Positions 1 through 12,107 of a stretch of 24,000 nucleotides of DNA are shown in pieces. Source of the DNA: Pseudomonas sp. GCEP-101 (GTDB lineage Bacteria > Pseudomonadota > Gammaproteobacteria > Pseudomonadales > Pseudomonadaceae). Both the position numbers and the translations under genes were made by a program. A model generated the notes under the pieces. It was given only the letters and a program-made list of their open reading frames with translations, had not been told where the DNA came from and did not search any database. Position 1 is the stretch's first letter; every line of letters begins with the position of its first letter. The DNA lies in contig NZ_CP104011.1 of assembly GCF_025133575.1 (NCBI RefSeq), forward strand, positions 2,801,483-2,825,482, read 5' to 3'.

Positions 1-3000
1 CCAGGGTGAAGGGGCGGGCGAGGCTGGAGAGGATCTGCTCGGCGACCTGGATCGCCTGTTTCAGCGCCTTCTCGCGGTCCTTCTGGCCGGGCAGCAGCAG
101 GGTGAACTCGTCGCCGCCCATGCGCGCCACGGTGTCGTCGTCGCTGACGCACAGGCTCAGCCGCTCGGCCACTTCCTTGAGCATGCGATCGCCCGCGGCG
201 TGGCCGAGGGAGTCGTTGATCGGCTTGAAGCGGTCGAGGTCGAGGAACATCAGCACCACCCACTGCTGGTGCCGTTCGGCCTGCAGCAGCGCGGTGTGCA
301 GGCGGTCCTGGAACAGCGTGCGGTTGGGCAGGTGGGTCAGGGCGTCGTAGTAGGCCAGGCGGTGGATGCGCCGCTCGCTGGCCTTGCGCTCGCTGATGTC
401 GCTGAAGAAGCAGACGAAGCTGACCAGGTCGCCTTCCTCGTCGTGCACCGCGGTGATGCCGACCCAGCTCGGGTACAGCTCGCCGTTCTTGCGCTTCTGC
501 AGGATCTCGCCTTCCCAGCTGCCGCTCTTGAGCAGGCTTTCCATCACGTGCTTGAGCTGGTTGGCTTCCTGGCGGTCGGCGGTGAGCAGGCGCGGCAATT
601 GGTCCAGCACTTCCTCGGCGGAGTAACCGGTGAGGCGGCTGAAGGAATCGTTGATCTGCACGATGTAGCCGGCCGGGTCGGTGACCATGATCGCCGCCGT
701 GGAATGCTCGAATACCGTCGCCGCCATGCGCATCTCGCGTTCGGCGCGGCGTTGCTGGCTGACGTCGCGGGCGACGCCGAGCAGGCCTTCGAAGCGGCCA
801 TGGTCGTCCCACATCAGGGCGATGCGCAGCTCGACGGGAATCTTGTGGCCATCGGCGTGCAGGCAGTCGAGGCTGAACAGTTGCGGCTCGGCGTTCTCAC
901 GCAGTTCCGCCAGGCGCTTGGGCTCGCCGATGGCGGTGCGCACACGGTGCAGGAGTTCTTCCAGGCGTTCGAGCTGCGCCGGGTTGGCGGCCACCTGCTG
1001 GAAACCGTTGGCGAGCACCCATTCGGGGCTGTAGCCGAACACCTGCTGGATCGACGGGCTGATGTAGTTGAGCTTGACCTGGGCGTCGGTGGAGAGGATC
1101 ACGTCGCTGATGCTCTCGGCGAGCATGCGGTAGCGGCGGCCGCTCTCGCGCAGGGAGTTGTGCGCCTCGACGGTGTCGGTGATGTCCTTGGCCACGCCGA
1201 TCAGCCGCGCCACGCGGCCGCCCGCGTCGCGGGTGAAGGCCTGCTCGCGGATGTCGAACCAGTGCCAGCTGCCGTCGCGGTGGCGCCAGCGCAACTGGCT
1301 GTCCAGCAGCAGGCCGTCGCCCACCACCTGCTGCAGGTTGCGCACGCGCCAGTAGTATTCGACGTCGTCCGGGTGCAGCACCTTCTCCCAGAAACGCTCG
1401 CCCATCTCGCGCAGCTCGTCGCTGCTGTAGCCGAGCTGGTGGCCCAGGTTGTGGTTGCTGAAGATCACCCGGCGCGCCGCGATGTCGTGGATGTACAGGG
1501 TGTCGGGCACCGCGCGCACCGCGTCGGACCAGAACTTCTCACGCTCGATCAGCGACAGCTCGACCTGTTTGCGGCTGGTGATGTCCGACAAGCTGAGGGT
1601 GACGGCGTGGAAGTCCTGGATCATCTCCGGCACGCGCAGCTGCAGCCACAGGTGGCGCTGCTCGCCCTGGCGGGTATGGATGCAGGCTTCCAGCTCGACC
1701 ATGCCGTGGCCGTGCAGCACGGCTTCGAGCACCTTGCTGCGCACGCCGTCCGGGCGCATGCCCGCACCGCCGACGAGGATCTGCCAGGCCTGTTCGGTGG
1801 TGCTCACGCCCATCAGGCGCTTGGCGACATTGTTGATCTCGGTGATGCGCACCTGGCGCAGCAGCCAGTGCAGGCGCTCGGGTTGTGTCGCCAGCCAGTC
1901 GTGCAGGTCGCTCTGGCGGCGCAGGTTGAGATCCACCAGGCTCTGGCGCAGGGCGGACAGGTCGAGCACGCAGAGCGCGACGCCGACGCCATCGAAGATG
2001 TCCTGGTAGCGCCGGCGGGTTTCCTCGAGGATGTGCAGCGCCTGCTGCTCCTCGGTGACGTCGCGCAGCACCCAGACCTGCCTGCCCTGGGGCAGGTTGC
2101 CGCGCAGCACCCAGCTGCGCTCCGCCGAGACGGGGCTGTCGTCCAGCGAGTGGTGGCTGACGGCGAACAGCCGGGCCTGGCCGCTGTCGTTCACGCGTAC
2201 CAGCTCCGCGGTGCTGTCGGCCGAGGCGTCGGCATTGTTGAGCGCGCCGCCAAGGCCGGGCAGCAGTTCCAGCAGGTGATGATCGCCGGCCTTGTCGGCA
2301 GCGATGCCGAACAGTTGCTCGGCCTGGGGGTTGAGGTAGGCGAGGCGGCCGTCGGCGTGGGTCACCAGCACGCGCTCGTCGATGGCGCCCAGCGCTTGCG
2401 CGGCCTGGCGCAGCCCCTGCTGCGACTCCACGGTCAAGGCCCGCAGGTTCTGCTGTTCACGTTGCAGGCGCAGCAGGGCGGCGCCGGCGATACCGCCCAG
2501 CACCAACAGCAGCGCCAGTTCGCCGCCCAGGCGCGGCAGCAGCGTGGCGCGAACCTGGCGGTCGTCGAATTGCGGGTGCAACTGCCAGTCGGTGTTCGCA
2601 ATGGCCAGGCCGTTCAGGCTCTGCGCCTGTTCCAGCGGCGAGGCGGCCGACAGCGGGCCGGGACGGTAGCCGCTGGAGCGGCCGAGGACCTTCTGCTGAA
2701 CGTCGTCGACCAGGATCCAGGCCGGCGACTCGGGATGGATCTGCTTCGCCCAGCCCTGCCGGGCGACCTTCTCGTCGAGGCGAATGACGCTGTCGCCTTC
2801 ACCTTCCTCGGTGGCCTTCAGCCAGACATAGAAGTGGCCGCCGTTGTCCTCGCTGAAGGCATAGTGGTAGCCCTGCTGCGCGCTGCGCTGGCGCAAGGCC
2901 CTGATGAACGCCGCATCCTTGATGCCGCTGGCGGTATCGCGAATGGGCCAGCCGTCGGCATCCAGGCGGACCAGGCTGTGGAAGGCCGGGTAGATGTGCC

Positions 3001-3298
3001 TGAGGCCGGCGATCAGCGGCGCGTGCACGTCGCCGGGTTCGCGGTCCTGCTCCTGCTGCAGCAGGGCTTGCGCCGCCACGGCCTTGAGCTCCAGGGTCAG
3101 GGCGATGCGCTGGGCCATCTGTTCGCCATGCAGCATGACCCGCTCACGCTCGAAGCGCTCCTGGCTGCGGAGCTCCTGGTGCAGTTGCCAGCCCAGCAGG
3201 CCGAGCATGAACAGCACCAGCAGCACCAGCGCGGTCCGGGTCGCCACGCGGCCAGGCCTGACCAGGGCGTCCCGAGGAGTGGGGGGAAAGATAGGCAA
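1..3298 (-). CDS. Membrane-anchored multi-PAS diguanylate cyclase (GGDEF). The 3' end, possibly with an EAL domain, lies beyond the left edge. MorA-like architecture.
   Basis: Absent from the ORF track because no stop codon falls inside the window. My own minus-strand translation is one continuous frame from TTG 3298 (alternative GTG 3247) to nt 1. It reads PIFPPTPRDALVRPGRVATRTALVLLVLFMLGLLGWQLH (TM1), then a ~220-aa periplasmic segment, then TM2 (ELALLLVLGGIAGAALL). Several PAS-like repeats follow. At nt ~130-1 it reads ARMGGDEFTLLLPGQKDREKALKQAIQVAEQILSSLARPFTL, an intact GGDEF motif. Start codon is uncertain. Confidence 0.8.
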   Translation of the reverse strand, partial: MPIFPPTPRDALVRPGRVATRTALVLLVLFMLGLLGWQLHQELRSQERFERERVMLHGEQMAQRIALTLELKAVAAQALLQQEQDREPGDVHAPLIAGLRHIYPAFHSLVRLDADGWPIRDTASGIKDAAFIRALRQRSAQQGYHYAFSEDNGGHFYVWLKATEEGEGDSVIRLDEKVARQGWAKQIHPESPAWILVDDVQQKVLGRSSGYRPGPLSAASPLEQAQSLNGLAIANTDWQLHPQFDDRQVRATLLPRLGGELALLLVLGGIAGAALLRLQREQQNLRALTVESQQGLRQAAQALGAIDERVLVTHADGRLAYLNPQAEQLFGIAADKAGDHHLLELLPGLGGALNNADASADSTAELVRVNDSGQARLFAVSHHSLDDSPVSAERSWVLRGNLPQGRQVWVLRDVTEEQQALHILEETRRRYQDIFDGVGVALCVLDLSALRQSLVDLNLRRQSDLHDWLATQPERLHWLLRQVRITEINNVAKRLMGVSTTEQAWQILVGGAGMRPDGVRSKVLEAVLHGHGMVELEACIHTRQGEQRHLWLQLRVPEMIQDFHAVTLSLSDITSRKQVELSLIEREKFWSDAVRAVPDTLYIHDIAARRVIFSNHNLGHQLGYSSDELREMGERFWEKVLHPDDVEYYWRVRNLQQVVGDGLLLDSQLRWRHRDGSWHWFDIREQAFTRDAGGRVARLIGVAKDITDTVEAHNSLRESGRRYRMLAESISDVILSTDAQVKLNYISPSIQQVFGYSPEWVLANGFQQVAANPAQLERLEELLHRVRTAIGEPKRLAELRENAEPQLFSLDCLHADGHKIPVELRIALMWDDHGRFEGLLGVARDVSQQRRAEREMRMAATVFEHSTAAIMVTDPAGYIVQINDSFSRLTGYSAEEVLDQLPRLLTADRQEANQLKHVMESLLKSGSWEGEILQKRKNGELYPSWVGITAVHDEEGDLVSFVCFFSDISERKASERRIHRLAYYDALTHLPNRTLFQDRLHTALLQAERHQQWVVLMFLDLDRFKPINDSLGHAAGDRMLKEVAERLSLCVSDDDTVARMGGDEFTLLLPGQKDREKALKQAIQVAEQILSSLARPFTL

Positions 3299-3643
3299 GG
3301 ACTTAAGGACCTGGGGCGATACGGCTGAATTCGGCGCAGGCTAGGATGCCCGGAAAGCCGGCGAAGTGCCAGTATGGCCGACGAGCGTCGTTTGCCCTTC
3401 CTGGCTCATTCCGGTAGCTTTGCCGCACGCGCGCGTCTGAAATGCGGCGAAAGTGCGCTGCATAAAGTACATCCGCAGCGAGTCCTGCGCGAAGGGCCGT
3501 CCATCGGCCGTTTGCGCCCGCGGCCAGCCTGCTCCCGAGTGTTTGAGCGCTGCCGCTCCGGCCCACCGGGCCGGCGTTCCGGAACCTGCCGTCGTCCGTT
3601 CCGGCTATCCCGATCATCCATTCATCCCAGAAGTCAGGTATCC

Positions 3644-5308
<1,665 letters not shown>

Positions 5309-5322
5309 GCCGCTTCTGCAGG

Positions 5323-5348
5323 AAAACGGGGCCTTCGGGCCCCGTTTT
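5323..5348. terminator. Bidirectional rho-independent terminator between convergent ettA and the small minus-strand gene
   Basis: Perfect 11-bp stem aaaacggggcc / ggccccgtttt with a ttcg loop. A/T runs flank both sides. Confidence 0.85.
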
Positions 5349-5376
5349 CGTTTCTGCTGCGGCCTTTACGGCCGGC

Positions 5377-5679
5377 TCAGCGGCTGCGCTTGAGATCATC
5401 CAGCGCGCGGCGCTGTTCCTCCAGCTGGCGCTGCAGTGTGTCGATTTGCCGCGCCTGGTCCTGCAGGGTGCGTTGCTGGTCTTCCAGTTGGCGCGCCATG
5501 CGCTGCAGGTCGTCCGTGCTGAAGTTCGACTTGTGGATCACTTCGCTGTCGAATGTATCCGCCACCAGCAGCGCGCCAGACTCGGTGAAGTTGCCCAGTT
5601 TCATGGCCCCGAGAGCCGGCAGGGCGAGGCAGGCGGTGAGGGCGGCAAGGGCGACGAGGGGGCGGCTGGGCATGGTCAT
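5377..5679 (-). CDS. Small secreted (possibly lipo-) protein with a C-terminal coiled coil; hypothetical
   Basis: ORF track 100 aa. Signal peptide MTMPSRPLVALAALTACLALPALGA has either an LTAC lipobox-like site or an ALG-A SPase I site. The C-terminus has a heptad-like Q/R/L-rich segment (LQRMARQLEDQQRTLQDQARQIDTLQRQLEEQRRALDDLKRSR). The AGGA spacing favours the second ATG (5673) as the start. Confidence 0.7.
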   Translation of the reverse strand: MTMPSRPLVALAALTACLALPALGAMKLGNFTESGALLVADTFDSEVIHKSNFSTDDLQRMARQLEDQQRTLQDQARQIDTLQRQLEEQRRALDDLKRSR

Positions 5680-5841
5680 GATCCTGGAAGATGTGAGCGG
5701 ATGGATGCAATGATCTATTGATTTTGTATACAGGAATCTGGTTTTCTGCCGCTCTGGCAGACGTGGGAATTATATTTTTTGCACCATAAAGATTCAGAAA
5801 AGCGTCACGCTGCACTATCTCAGTGCGGTGTGGGTTGCTAG

Positions 5842-7227
<1,386 letters not shown>

Positions 7228-7247
7228 TCGCTCCCCGGAAATGAAAG

Positions 7248-7270
7248 ACGGGCCCGATGGGCCCGTTTTT
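7248..7270 (+). terminator. Rho-independent terminator of gdhA
   Basis: Stem acgggccc / gggcccgt with a gat loop, followed by ttttt. Confidence 0.85.
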
Positions 7271-7301
7271 CATGTCACCCGGCTTGGCGCGGGCTGCCCT
7301 T

Positions 7302-7381
7302 CGCAGGAGCGAGCCTGCTCGCGAACCCGCCCAACGCCGAAGTCGCCGGGAGGTTGTTTCGCGAGCAAGTGCGCTCCTACC
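7302..7381. repeat. Inverted pair of Pseudomonas REP-type elements
   Basis: 7302-7325 reads cgcaggagcgagcctgctcgcgaa. The reverse complement of 7357-7381 reads ggtaggagcgcacttgctcgcgaaa. This is the same GGAGCGnnCnTGCTCGCGAA core in opposite orientation, each internally palindromic. It lies in the convergent gdhA/ccpR intergenic region. Confidence 0.75.
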
Positions 7382-7390
7382 TGCCCGCTA

Positions 7391-8425
7391 TCAATCCACG
7401 GGTTTGGGCGTGGTCGCGGTGCTCGGCGGCAGCAGCGGGTATTCCACCGTGGGCTGCTTGCCGGTGACGGTCTTGAGGAAAGCGACGATATCGCCAACTT
7501 CTTCGTCGTTGAGCTGTTTGCCCAACTGCGCGTTGCCCATGATCTTCACCGCTTCGTCCAGGCTCCAGACCTGCCCGCTGTGGAAGTAGGGCGCGGTCAG
7601 CGCGACGTTTCGCAGGGGCGCGGCGCGGAAGACGTATTCGTCGTTCTCGGTCTTGGTCACTTCGAAGCGACCCTTGTCGCCGCTGGGCAGGATCTTGTCG
7701 TCGGGCTTCTTCACCAGGCCGAACGGGAAGTACGCCTGGCCACCCAGGTTCACGCCGTTGTGGCAGGCGATGCAGCCGGCGCTCATGAAGGTCTGCAGGC
7801 CCTTTTTCTCCTGCTCGTTCATCGCCTTGTCGTCGCCCTTGAGGTAGAGGTCGAAGCGCGAGTCCGGGGTGATCAGGGTCGACTCGAAGGCCTGAATGGC
7901 CCGCGCCATGTTGTCGAAGCTCACCGGTTGCGGGTCTTTCGGGAAGGCCTTGCCGAAGGCCGCGACATACTCGGGCATGCTCTGCAGGGTCAGCTCGACG
8001 TTCTTCGGCGTGTTGTGCATTTCCACCGGGTTCTGCACCGGACCCTTGGCCTGTTCTTCCAGGTCCTTGGCGCGGCCATCCCAGAACTGCGCGACGTTGA
8101 ACACAGCGTTGAATACCGTGGGCGAGTTGCGCGCACCCTTCTGCCATTCGTGGCCGCTGGAGGTGGGCACGTTGTCGGCGCCGCCGGTGCCGATGTTGTG
8201 GCAGGTATTGCAGCTGATCACGTGGCTGGCGGACAGGCGCGGTTCGAAGAACAACTGCCGGCCCAGCGTCACCTGGTCAGGGTTCAGCGTGTCGCTGGGT
8301 TTCTCGGGGATGGGCTTGAAGATGCCATTGGCCTGGTCACGCAGGGCGTCGGCATTCGCGGCTGCCGATGCCGCGCCGAGGGCCAGCAGTAGGCTGCCCA
8401 GGGCGAGTTTTCTGAAGGGCTGCAT
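7391..8425 (-). CDS. ccpR: Di-haem cytochrome c551 peroxidase
   Basis: 344-aa ORF with a signal peptide (ALGAASAAANA) and two haem-c motifs (CNTCH, CIACH). The conserved FWDGRA and PYFHSG motifs of bacterial CCP/MauG family proteins are present. Confidence 0.95.
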   Translation of the reverse strand: MQPFRKLALGSLLLALGAASAAANADALRDQANGIFKPIPEKPSDTLNPDQVTLGRQLFFEPRLSASHVISCNTCHNIGTGGADNVPTSSGHEWQKGARNSPTVFNAVFNVAQFWDGRAKDLEEQAKGPVQNPVEMHNTPKNVELTLQSMPEYVAAFGKAFPKDPQPVSFDNMARAIQAFESTLITPDSRFDLYLKGDDKAMNEQEKKGLQTFMSAGCIACHNGVNLGGQAYFPFGLVKKPDDKILPSGDKGRFEVTKTENDEYVFRAAPLRNVALTAPYFHSGQVWSLDEAVKIMGNAQLGKQLNDEEVGDIVAFLKTVTGKQPTVEYPLLPPSTATTPKPVD

Positions 8426-8497
8426 GTGGGGTCTCCTTGTCTCAGGCTATTGGTTGTTGTCTGAGTTCAAGGAGAGGTCAGTGGGGCGGGGGAGGGC

Positions 8498-8511
8498 TTG
8501 ATCGACGTCAA
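8498..8511. promoter_or_regulatory. Anr/FNR box upstream of ccpR
   Basis: TTGATCGACGTCAA matches the TTGAT-N4-(A/G)TCAA consensus. It is centred ~79 nt upstream of the ccpR ATG. From memory, ccpR belongs to the Anr/low-oxygen regulon in P. aeruginosa. Confidence 0.6.
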
Positions 8512-8549
8512 GCGCGGGACTTTGTCGGCCGCGCAATGATGCCGCAGTC

Positions 8550-8909
8550 TCAGTTGGCGCGCAGTGCGCGCGACAGGGCGCGGTCCTTTTCCTGTTCCCA
8601 GTCGCGGTCCCGGTCGCTGTTGCGCTGTTCCTCGTACTGCTGGCGTTCCTGGCTTACGCGCATGGCCTGGCATTGCTGGAAGCCGTCGTTCCAGCCCAGG
8701 GCATATCTGGGCTCGTCCAGGTAACGCGGCACGTTCTTGCGGAATTCGCCGCCGATGGCGCCGGCCGCCTGGCGACCGCTGCCGCAGCCGTCGTCATAGC
8801 CGTCGGCATAGGCGGGCGGGTAGCCCTGGGCAATCAGGCTTTCGTGGGTGGTTTCGCAGCCGGCGAGCAGCGCGGCGCAGAACAGGATGAGGGTGGCGCG
8901 GTGCGCCAT
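8550..8909 (-). CDS. Conserved hypothetical lipoprotein
   Basis: ORF 8550..8942 trimmed to ATG 8909, which is preceded by GGGAG. The N-terminus MAHRATLILFCAALLAGC carries a classic lipobox (LLAG|C). The C-terminal tail is acidic/basic and low-complexity. Confidence 0.8.
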   Translation of the reverse strand: MAHRATLILFCAALLAGCETTHESLIAQGYPPAYADGYDDGCGSGRQAAGAIGGEFRKNVPRYLDEPRYALGWNDGFQQCQAMRVSQERQQYEEQRNSDRDRDWEQEKDRALSRALRAN

Positions 8910-8957
8910 GGGAGCTCCCGTGTACCGATAAGGCGGGCACACGCGCCGGCAGAGGAA

Positions 8958-8981
8958 GCGCCACTCGAGGTGGCATGGCGC
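8958..8981 (-). terminator. Possible weak terminator after rtcA
   Basis: Minus-strand RNA reads GCGCCAUGCCACCUCGAGUGGCGC (GCCAC/GUGGC stem) followed by UUCCUCU. The U-tract is poor. Confidence 0.3.
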
Positions 8982-9011
8982 GACTCTAGCCAGCGGCTGG
9001 TGAGAAAAGCG

Positions 9012-10037
9012 TCAAGCCGGCGTGATGCGGATGTGCTGGCCGCCGGCGTGACGCGCCTCGAATGCGATGCGCACCGGCAGGAAGGCTTCGATCACCGTGC
9101 GGTTGCTCAGCAGATGGTCGCTCGCCACCGGCGTGGTGAAGCTGCCGCCGCCGGCCAGGGCCAGGGGCAGCAGCAACTGGTCGGCCAGATGCTCCTCGAC
9201 GCTCGTACCGCTGCGGCGCCAGTCATCGGCCTGGCGCAGCGCCTGGCTGGCGACGCGCTCGGCGCTGACCCCGGGCTGGCCGAAGGCGCAGAACGCCAGG
9301 GTCAACTGCTCGCACGCGATCTCCAGCAGCAAGGCGTTGCCCGGCCCCTGGTCTTCCGGCAGGCGGACGACCTGAACGGACGCCGCGCGCCAATCCTGGT
9401 GCCGCTTCACCTTCTCCAGCTCGCGATCCCCCACGTGACCGGGAATGGCCGCCAGCAGGGCGCGGGCTGAACGCGACAGAATCGCCCCCGCTTCCGGCAG
9501 ATGCAGTGGCCGCAGCTCGCCGGGCGCGACGCGCACCCGCAGTTCACCTCCTCCGGCCGGCATGAAGCCATGGCGCAGCAGGTCGAAGTCGACCGTCGCG
9601 CCCATGCGCCGCAACAGCGGCAGCCAGCTGCGCTCGATGAAGTCCGCCGGCGGCGCCAACGGATTGTGCGTGCCCCCCGTGATCGCCAGGCTGCTCGGCC
9701 CATCGGCGAACAACAGGGCCGGCAGCAGCGTCTGCAACACCAGCACGGCGCTGCCCGCGCTGCCGATGGCGAAACGGTAGTCGCCACCGCGAACCGCACC
9801 GGGGCGGAAGGTCAGGCTGCGCGCGCCGAGCTCATCGCCCTGCACCGTCGCGCCGCAGACCTCCGCCGCCGCGCGCACGGCCGTCAGGTGCTGACGCAGC
9901 AGCCCCGGCCGCGAACGCCGGCCACGGATGTTGACGATGCGCAGCGCCTTGCCGGTGATCATCGACAGGCTCAGCGCACTGCGCAGGATCTGCCCGCCGC
10001 CGTCGGCGCCGTCGAGTTCGATCAGGTCCTTGTTCAT
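9012..10037 (-). CDS. rtcA: RNA 3'-terminal phosphate cyclase
   Basis: ORF 9012..10646 trimmed to ATG 10037, giving MNKDLIELDGADGGGQILRSALSLSMITGKALRIVNIRGRRSRPGLLRQHL. The C-terminal VEEHLADQLLLPLAL contains the adenylylated His motif. Length is 341 aa. The start overlaps the upstream stop as ATGA. Confidence 0.93.
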   Translation of the reverse strand: MNKDLIELDGADGGGQILRSALSLSMITGKALRIVNIRGRRSRPGLLRQHLTAVRAAAEVCGATVQGDELGARSLTFRPGAVRGGDYRFAIGSAGSAVLVLQTLLPALLFADGPSSLAITGGTHNPLAPPADFIERSWLPLLRRMGATVDFDLLRHGFMPAGGGELRVRVAPGELRPLHLPEAGAILSRSARALLAAIPGHVGDRELEKVKRHQDWRAASVQVVRLPEDQGPGNALLLEIACEQLTLAFCAFGQPGVSAERVASQALRQADDWRRSGTSVEEHLADQLLLPLALAGGGSFTTPVASDHLLSNRTVIEAFLPVRIAFEARHAGGQHIRITPA

Positions 10038-10834
10038 CGGGCATACGTCCTCACCTGATCGCGCAGGAAGTGGTCCAGGCGCTGCGTGTCGCGGCAGCCG
10101 CCACAGGGTGCGCCGAGGTCTTCCGCGCGTTGCAGCTCTACCTCGATCAGCCGGTGCAGTGCCGGGCGCGCCGGGCCGTATTCCGCCTCCACCGCCTGGC
10201 GCTTGAGCGCCAGCAGTTCCTCGACTTCGGCACGCTGTGCGGCGTTGTCGAGGGTGGCCTCCATCAGCGTCTCGAAGACCATCGGCGGCATGCCGAGGTC
10301 CTGGTCGATCCAGCGCACGGCCAGCAGCGGGCGCAACACGTAGAGGTACTTCTTGTAGCGAACCTCCTCGCCCTGCAGATAGCCACGGAAGTTCTTCCTG
10401 GCCATCGACAGGTAATGCGCTCGCGCAGCGGCGGGGGAGTAGAAGTCCCGTGCCAGTTGGCGCAGTGCCTCGGCCGCCGCCGGTTCGCTGCGGTACACCA
10501 GCGGCGAGTCCAGCCATTCCAGCAGTGTCGGGTTGGACTTGCGCAGCAGCCTCAGGGTCTTGCGAAGTTCCCAGCCGCTGAGGTCCAGTTCGTCGGTCAG
10601 CGGGCGTTCCAGCACGTCGCGCGGTTCGTCCACGCGCAGGTACCACTCCGGTTGATGCACGTAGACGAAGCGCACATCGTAGTCGCTATCCGGCGAGGCG
10701 AAGCCCCTGGCGCGGCTGCCCGACTCGCACGCATAGAGCACCGTCACGCCGTGCTCCTGTTCCAGTCTTGCCAGTTCCTCCAGTACCCGTTCGCGCATGG
10801 CGGCGGGGAGGGGATGGCGTTCTTCCTTGTTCAT
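10034..10834 (-). CDS. Pol-beta-fold nucleotidyltransferase of the RNA-repair-associated RlaP type (PF10127-like)
   Basis: 266-aa ORF with the minimal NTase signature YACESGSRARGFASPDSDYDVRFVY (GS...DxD). It is wedged between rtcB and rtcA, with a 4-nt overlap onto rtcA. The family name is from memory of comparative-genomics literature. Confidence 0.8.
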   Translation of the reverse strand: MNKEERHPLPAAMRERVLEELARLEQEHGVTVLYACESGSRARGFASPDSDYDVRFVYVHQPEWYLRVDEPRDVLERPLTDELDLSGWELRKTLRLLRKSNPTLLEWLDSPLVYRSEPAAAEALRQLARDFYSPAAARAHYLSMARKNFRGYLQGEEVRYKKYLYVLRPLLAVRWIDQDLGMPPMVFETLMEATLDNAAQRAEVEELLALKRQAVEAEYGPARPALHRLIEVELQRAEDLGAPCGGCRDTQRLDHFLRDQVRTYAR

Positions 10835-10858
10835 GTTCCGTTTCCTTGTCTTGCTGTC

Positions 10859-10883
10859 GGCGCGGGCCCGTCCGGCCCGCGCC
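10859..10883 (-). other. Intra-operon 10-bp GC hairpin directly after the rtcB stop codon
   Basis: ggcgcgggcc-cgtcc-ggcccgcgcc begins 4 nt past the rtcB TAG (10887-10889). No U-tract follows on the minus strand. Confidence 0.6.
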
Positions 10884-10886
10884 GTT

Positions 10887-12107
10887 CTATCCTTTCACGC
10901 ACACCACCTGACGCAGGGTATGCAGCACTTCCACCAGCTCGCGCTGGGCGTCCATCACGGCGTCGATGTCCTTGTAGGCCATCGGGATCTCGTCGATCAC
11001 ATCCGCATCCTTGCGGCATTCGACGTGGGCGGTGGCGCGCACCTGGTCTTCGACGCTGAACAGCTTCTTCGCCTTCGTCCGGCTCATGGTGCGGCCGGCG
11101 CCGTGGCTGCACGAGCAGAACGCTTCCTCGTTGCCCAGTCCGCGGACGATGAAGCTCTTGGCGCCCATCGAACCCGGAATGATGCCGAGCTGGCCCTTCT
11201 GCGCGGACACCGCCCCCTTGCGCGTCACCAGCACTTCTTCGCCGAAGTGGCGCTCCTTCTGCACGTAGTTGTGGTGGCAGTTCACCGCTTCCAGGCTCGC
11301 TTCGAACGGCTTGCGAATGACCTGCCGCGCCGCGGCGATCACCGCGCGCATCATCAGTTCGCGGTTCTGCCGGGCGAAGTCCTGGGCCCAGCCCACGGCT
11401 TCCACATAGTCGTCGAAGTGCCGGCTGCCTTCCTCGAAGTAGGCCAGGTCACGGTCCGGCAGGTTGGCGATGTGCTGGCGCATATCGGCCTGGGCCAGTT
11501 CGATGAACAGGTTGCCGATGGCGTTACCCACGCCGCGCGATCCGCTGTGCAGCATGAACCAGACGCGGTTGGCCTCGTCCAGGCAGACCTCGATGAAGTG
11601 GTTGCCGGTGCCGAGGGTCCCCAGGTGCTTGCGGTTGTTGGTTTTCTCCAGCTTCGGGTACTTGTCGGTGATCACCTTGAAACGCCCCGCCAGCGCCTTC
11701 CATGCGTCATCGGCATGCCCGGGTACATCTTCCCAGGCGCCCTGGTCGCGGCGGCCGAAGGTCTTGCCGTGGGGCACGGCCTTTTCGATGGCGGTGCGCA
11801 GGCCGTGCAGGTTGTCCGGCAGGTCCGCGGCCACCAGCGAGGTGCGCGCGGCGATCATGCCGCAGCCGATATCCACACCCACGGCGGCCGGGATGATGGC
11901 GCCCTGGGTAGGGATCACGCTGCCGATGGTCGAGCCCTTGCCCAGGTGCACGTCCGGCATCACGGCCAGGTGCTTGAAGATGAAGGGCATCTTCGCGGTG
12001 TTCATCAGTTGCTGCTTCGCGTCGTCCTCCACCGGCACGCCCTGGGTCCAGAGCTTGATCGGTTTGCCGTTGGCGACTTCCAGCAGTTGGAAGGTTTGGG
12101 TGCTCAT
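10887..12107 (-). CDS. rtcB: RNA-splicing/repair ligase RtcB (3'-phosphate/5'-OH ligase)
   Basis: ORF 10887..12443 trimmed to ATG 12107, giving MSTQTFQLLEVANGKPIKLWTQGVPVEDDAKQQL. Conserved RtcB motifs are present: MPDVHLGKGSTIG, GVDIGCGM, GTLGTGNHFIE, HSGSRGVGN, CHHNY and SCSHGAGR. Length is 406 aa. Confidence 0.95.
   Translation of the reverse strand: MSTQTFQLLEVANGKPIKLWTQGVPVEDDAKQQLMNTAKMPFIFKHLAVMPDVHLGKGSTIGSVIPTQGAIIPAAVGVDIGCGMIAARTSLVAADLPDNLHGLRTAIEKAVPHGKTFGRRDQGAWEDVPGHADDAWKALAGRFKVITDKYPKLEKTNNRKHLGTLGTGNHFIEVCLDEANRVWFMLHSGSRGVGNAIGNLFIELAQADMRQHIANLPDRDLAYFEEGSRHFDDYVEAVGWAQDFARQNRELMMRAVIAAARQVIRKPFEASLEAVNCHHNYVQKERHFGEEVLVTRKGAVSAQKGQLGIIPGSMGAKSFIVRGLGNEEAFCSCSHGAGRTMSRTKAKKLFSVEDQVRATAHVECRKDADVIDEIPMAYKDIDAVMDAQRELVEVLHTLRQVVCVKG

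Noticed and set aside
200-3328. 1042-aa plus-strand ORF covering the left 3.3 kb
   Set aside because: It is an antisense shadow ORF. The composition is low-complexity Ala/Gly/Val/Leu/Gln/His with no recognisable motif. The minus strand over the same span encodes TM segments, PAS repeats and an intact GGDEF motif.
3558-3585. 7-bp hairpin ccggccc-acc-gggccgg followed by the 10-bp palindrome gttccggaac in the ~345-bp intergenic region upstream of ettA
   Set aside because: Short GC palindromes are expected by chance at this base composition. I recognise no matching regulator consensus and there is no repeat of the motif elsewhere in the window.
3374-3643. N-terminal 90-aa extension of the ettA ORF in the track (MADERRLPFLAHSGS...)
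   Set aside because: The EttA homology starts exactly at MAQYVYTMHRVGK (ATG 3644). The upstream extension is Arg/Pro/Ser-rich junk in a long intergenic region.
5755-5783. Possible sigma54 promoter (TGGCAG ... TTGCA) and an NtrC-like half-site TGCACC upstream of gdhA
   Set aside because: The GG and GC elements are ~23 nt apart rather than 10. Only one NtrC half-site is present. This is not enough to call a site, although nitrogen control of gdhA is plausible.
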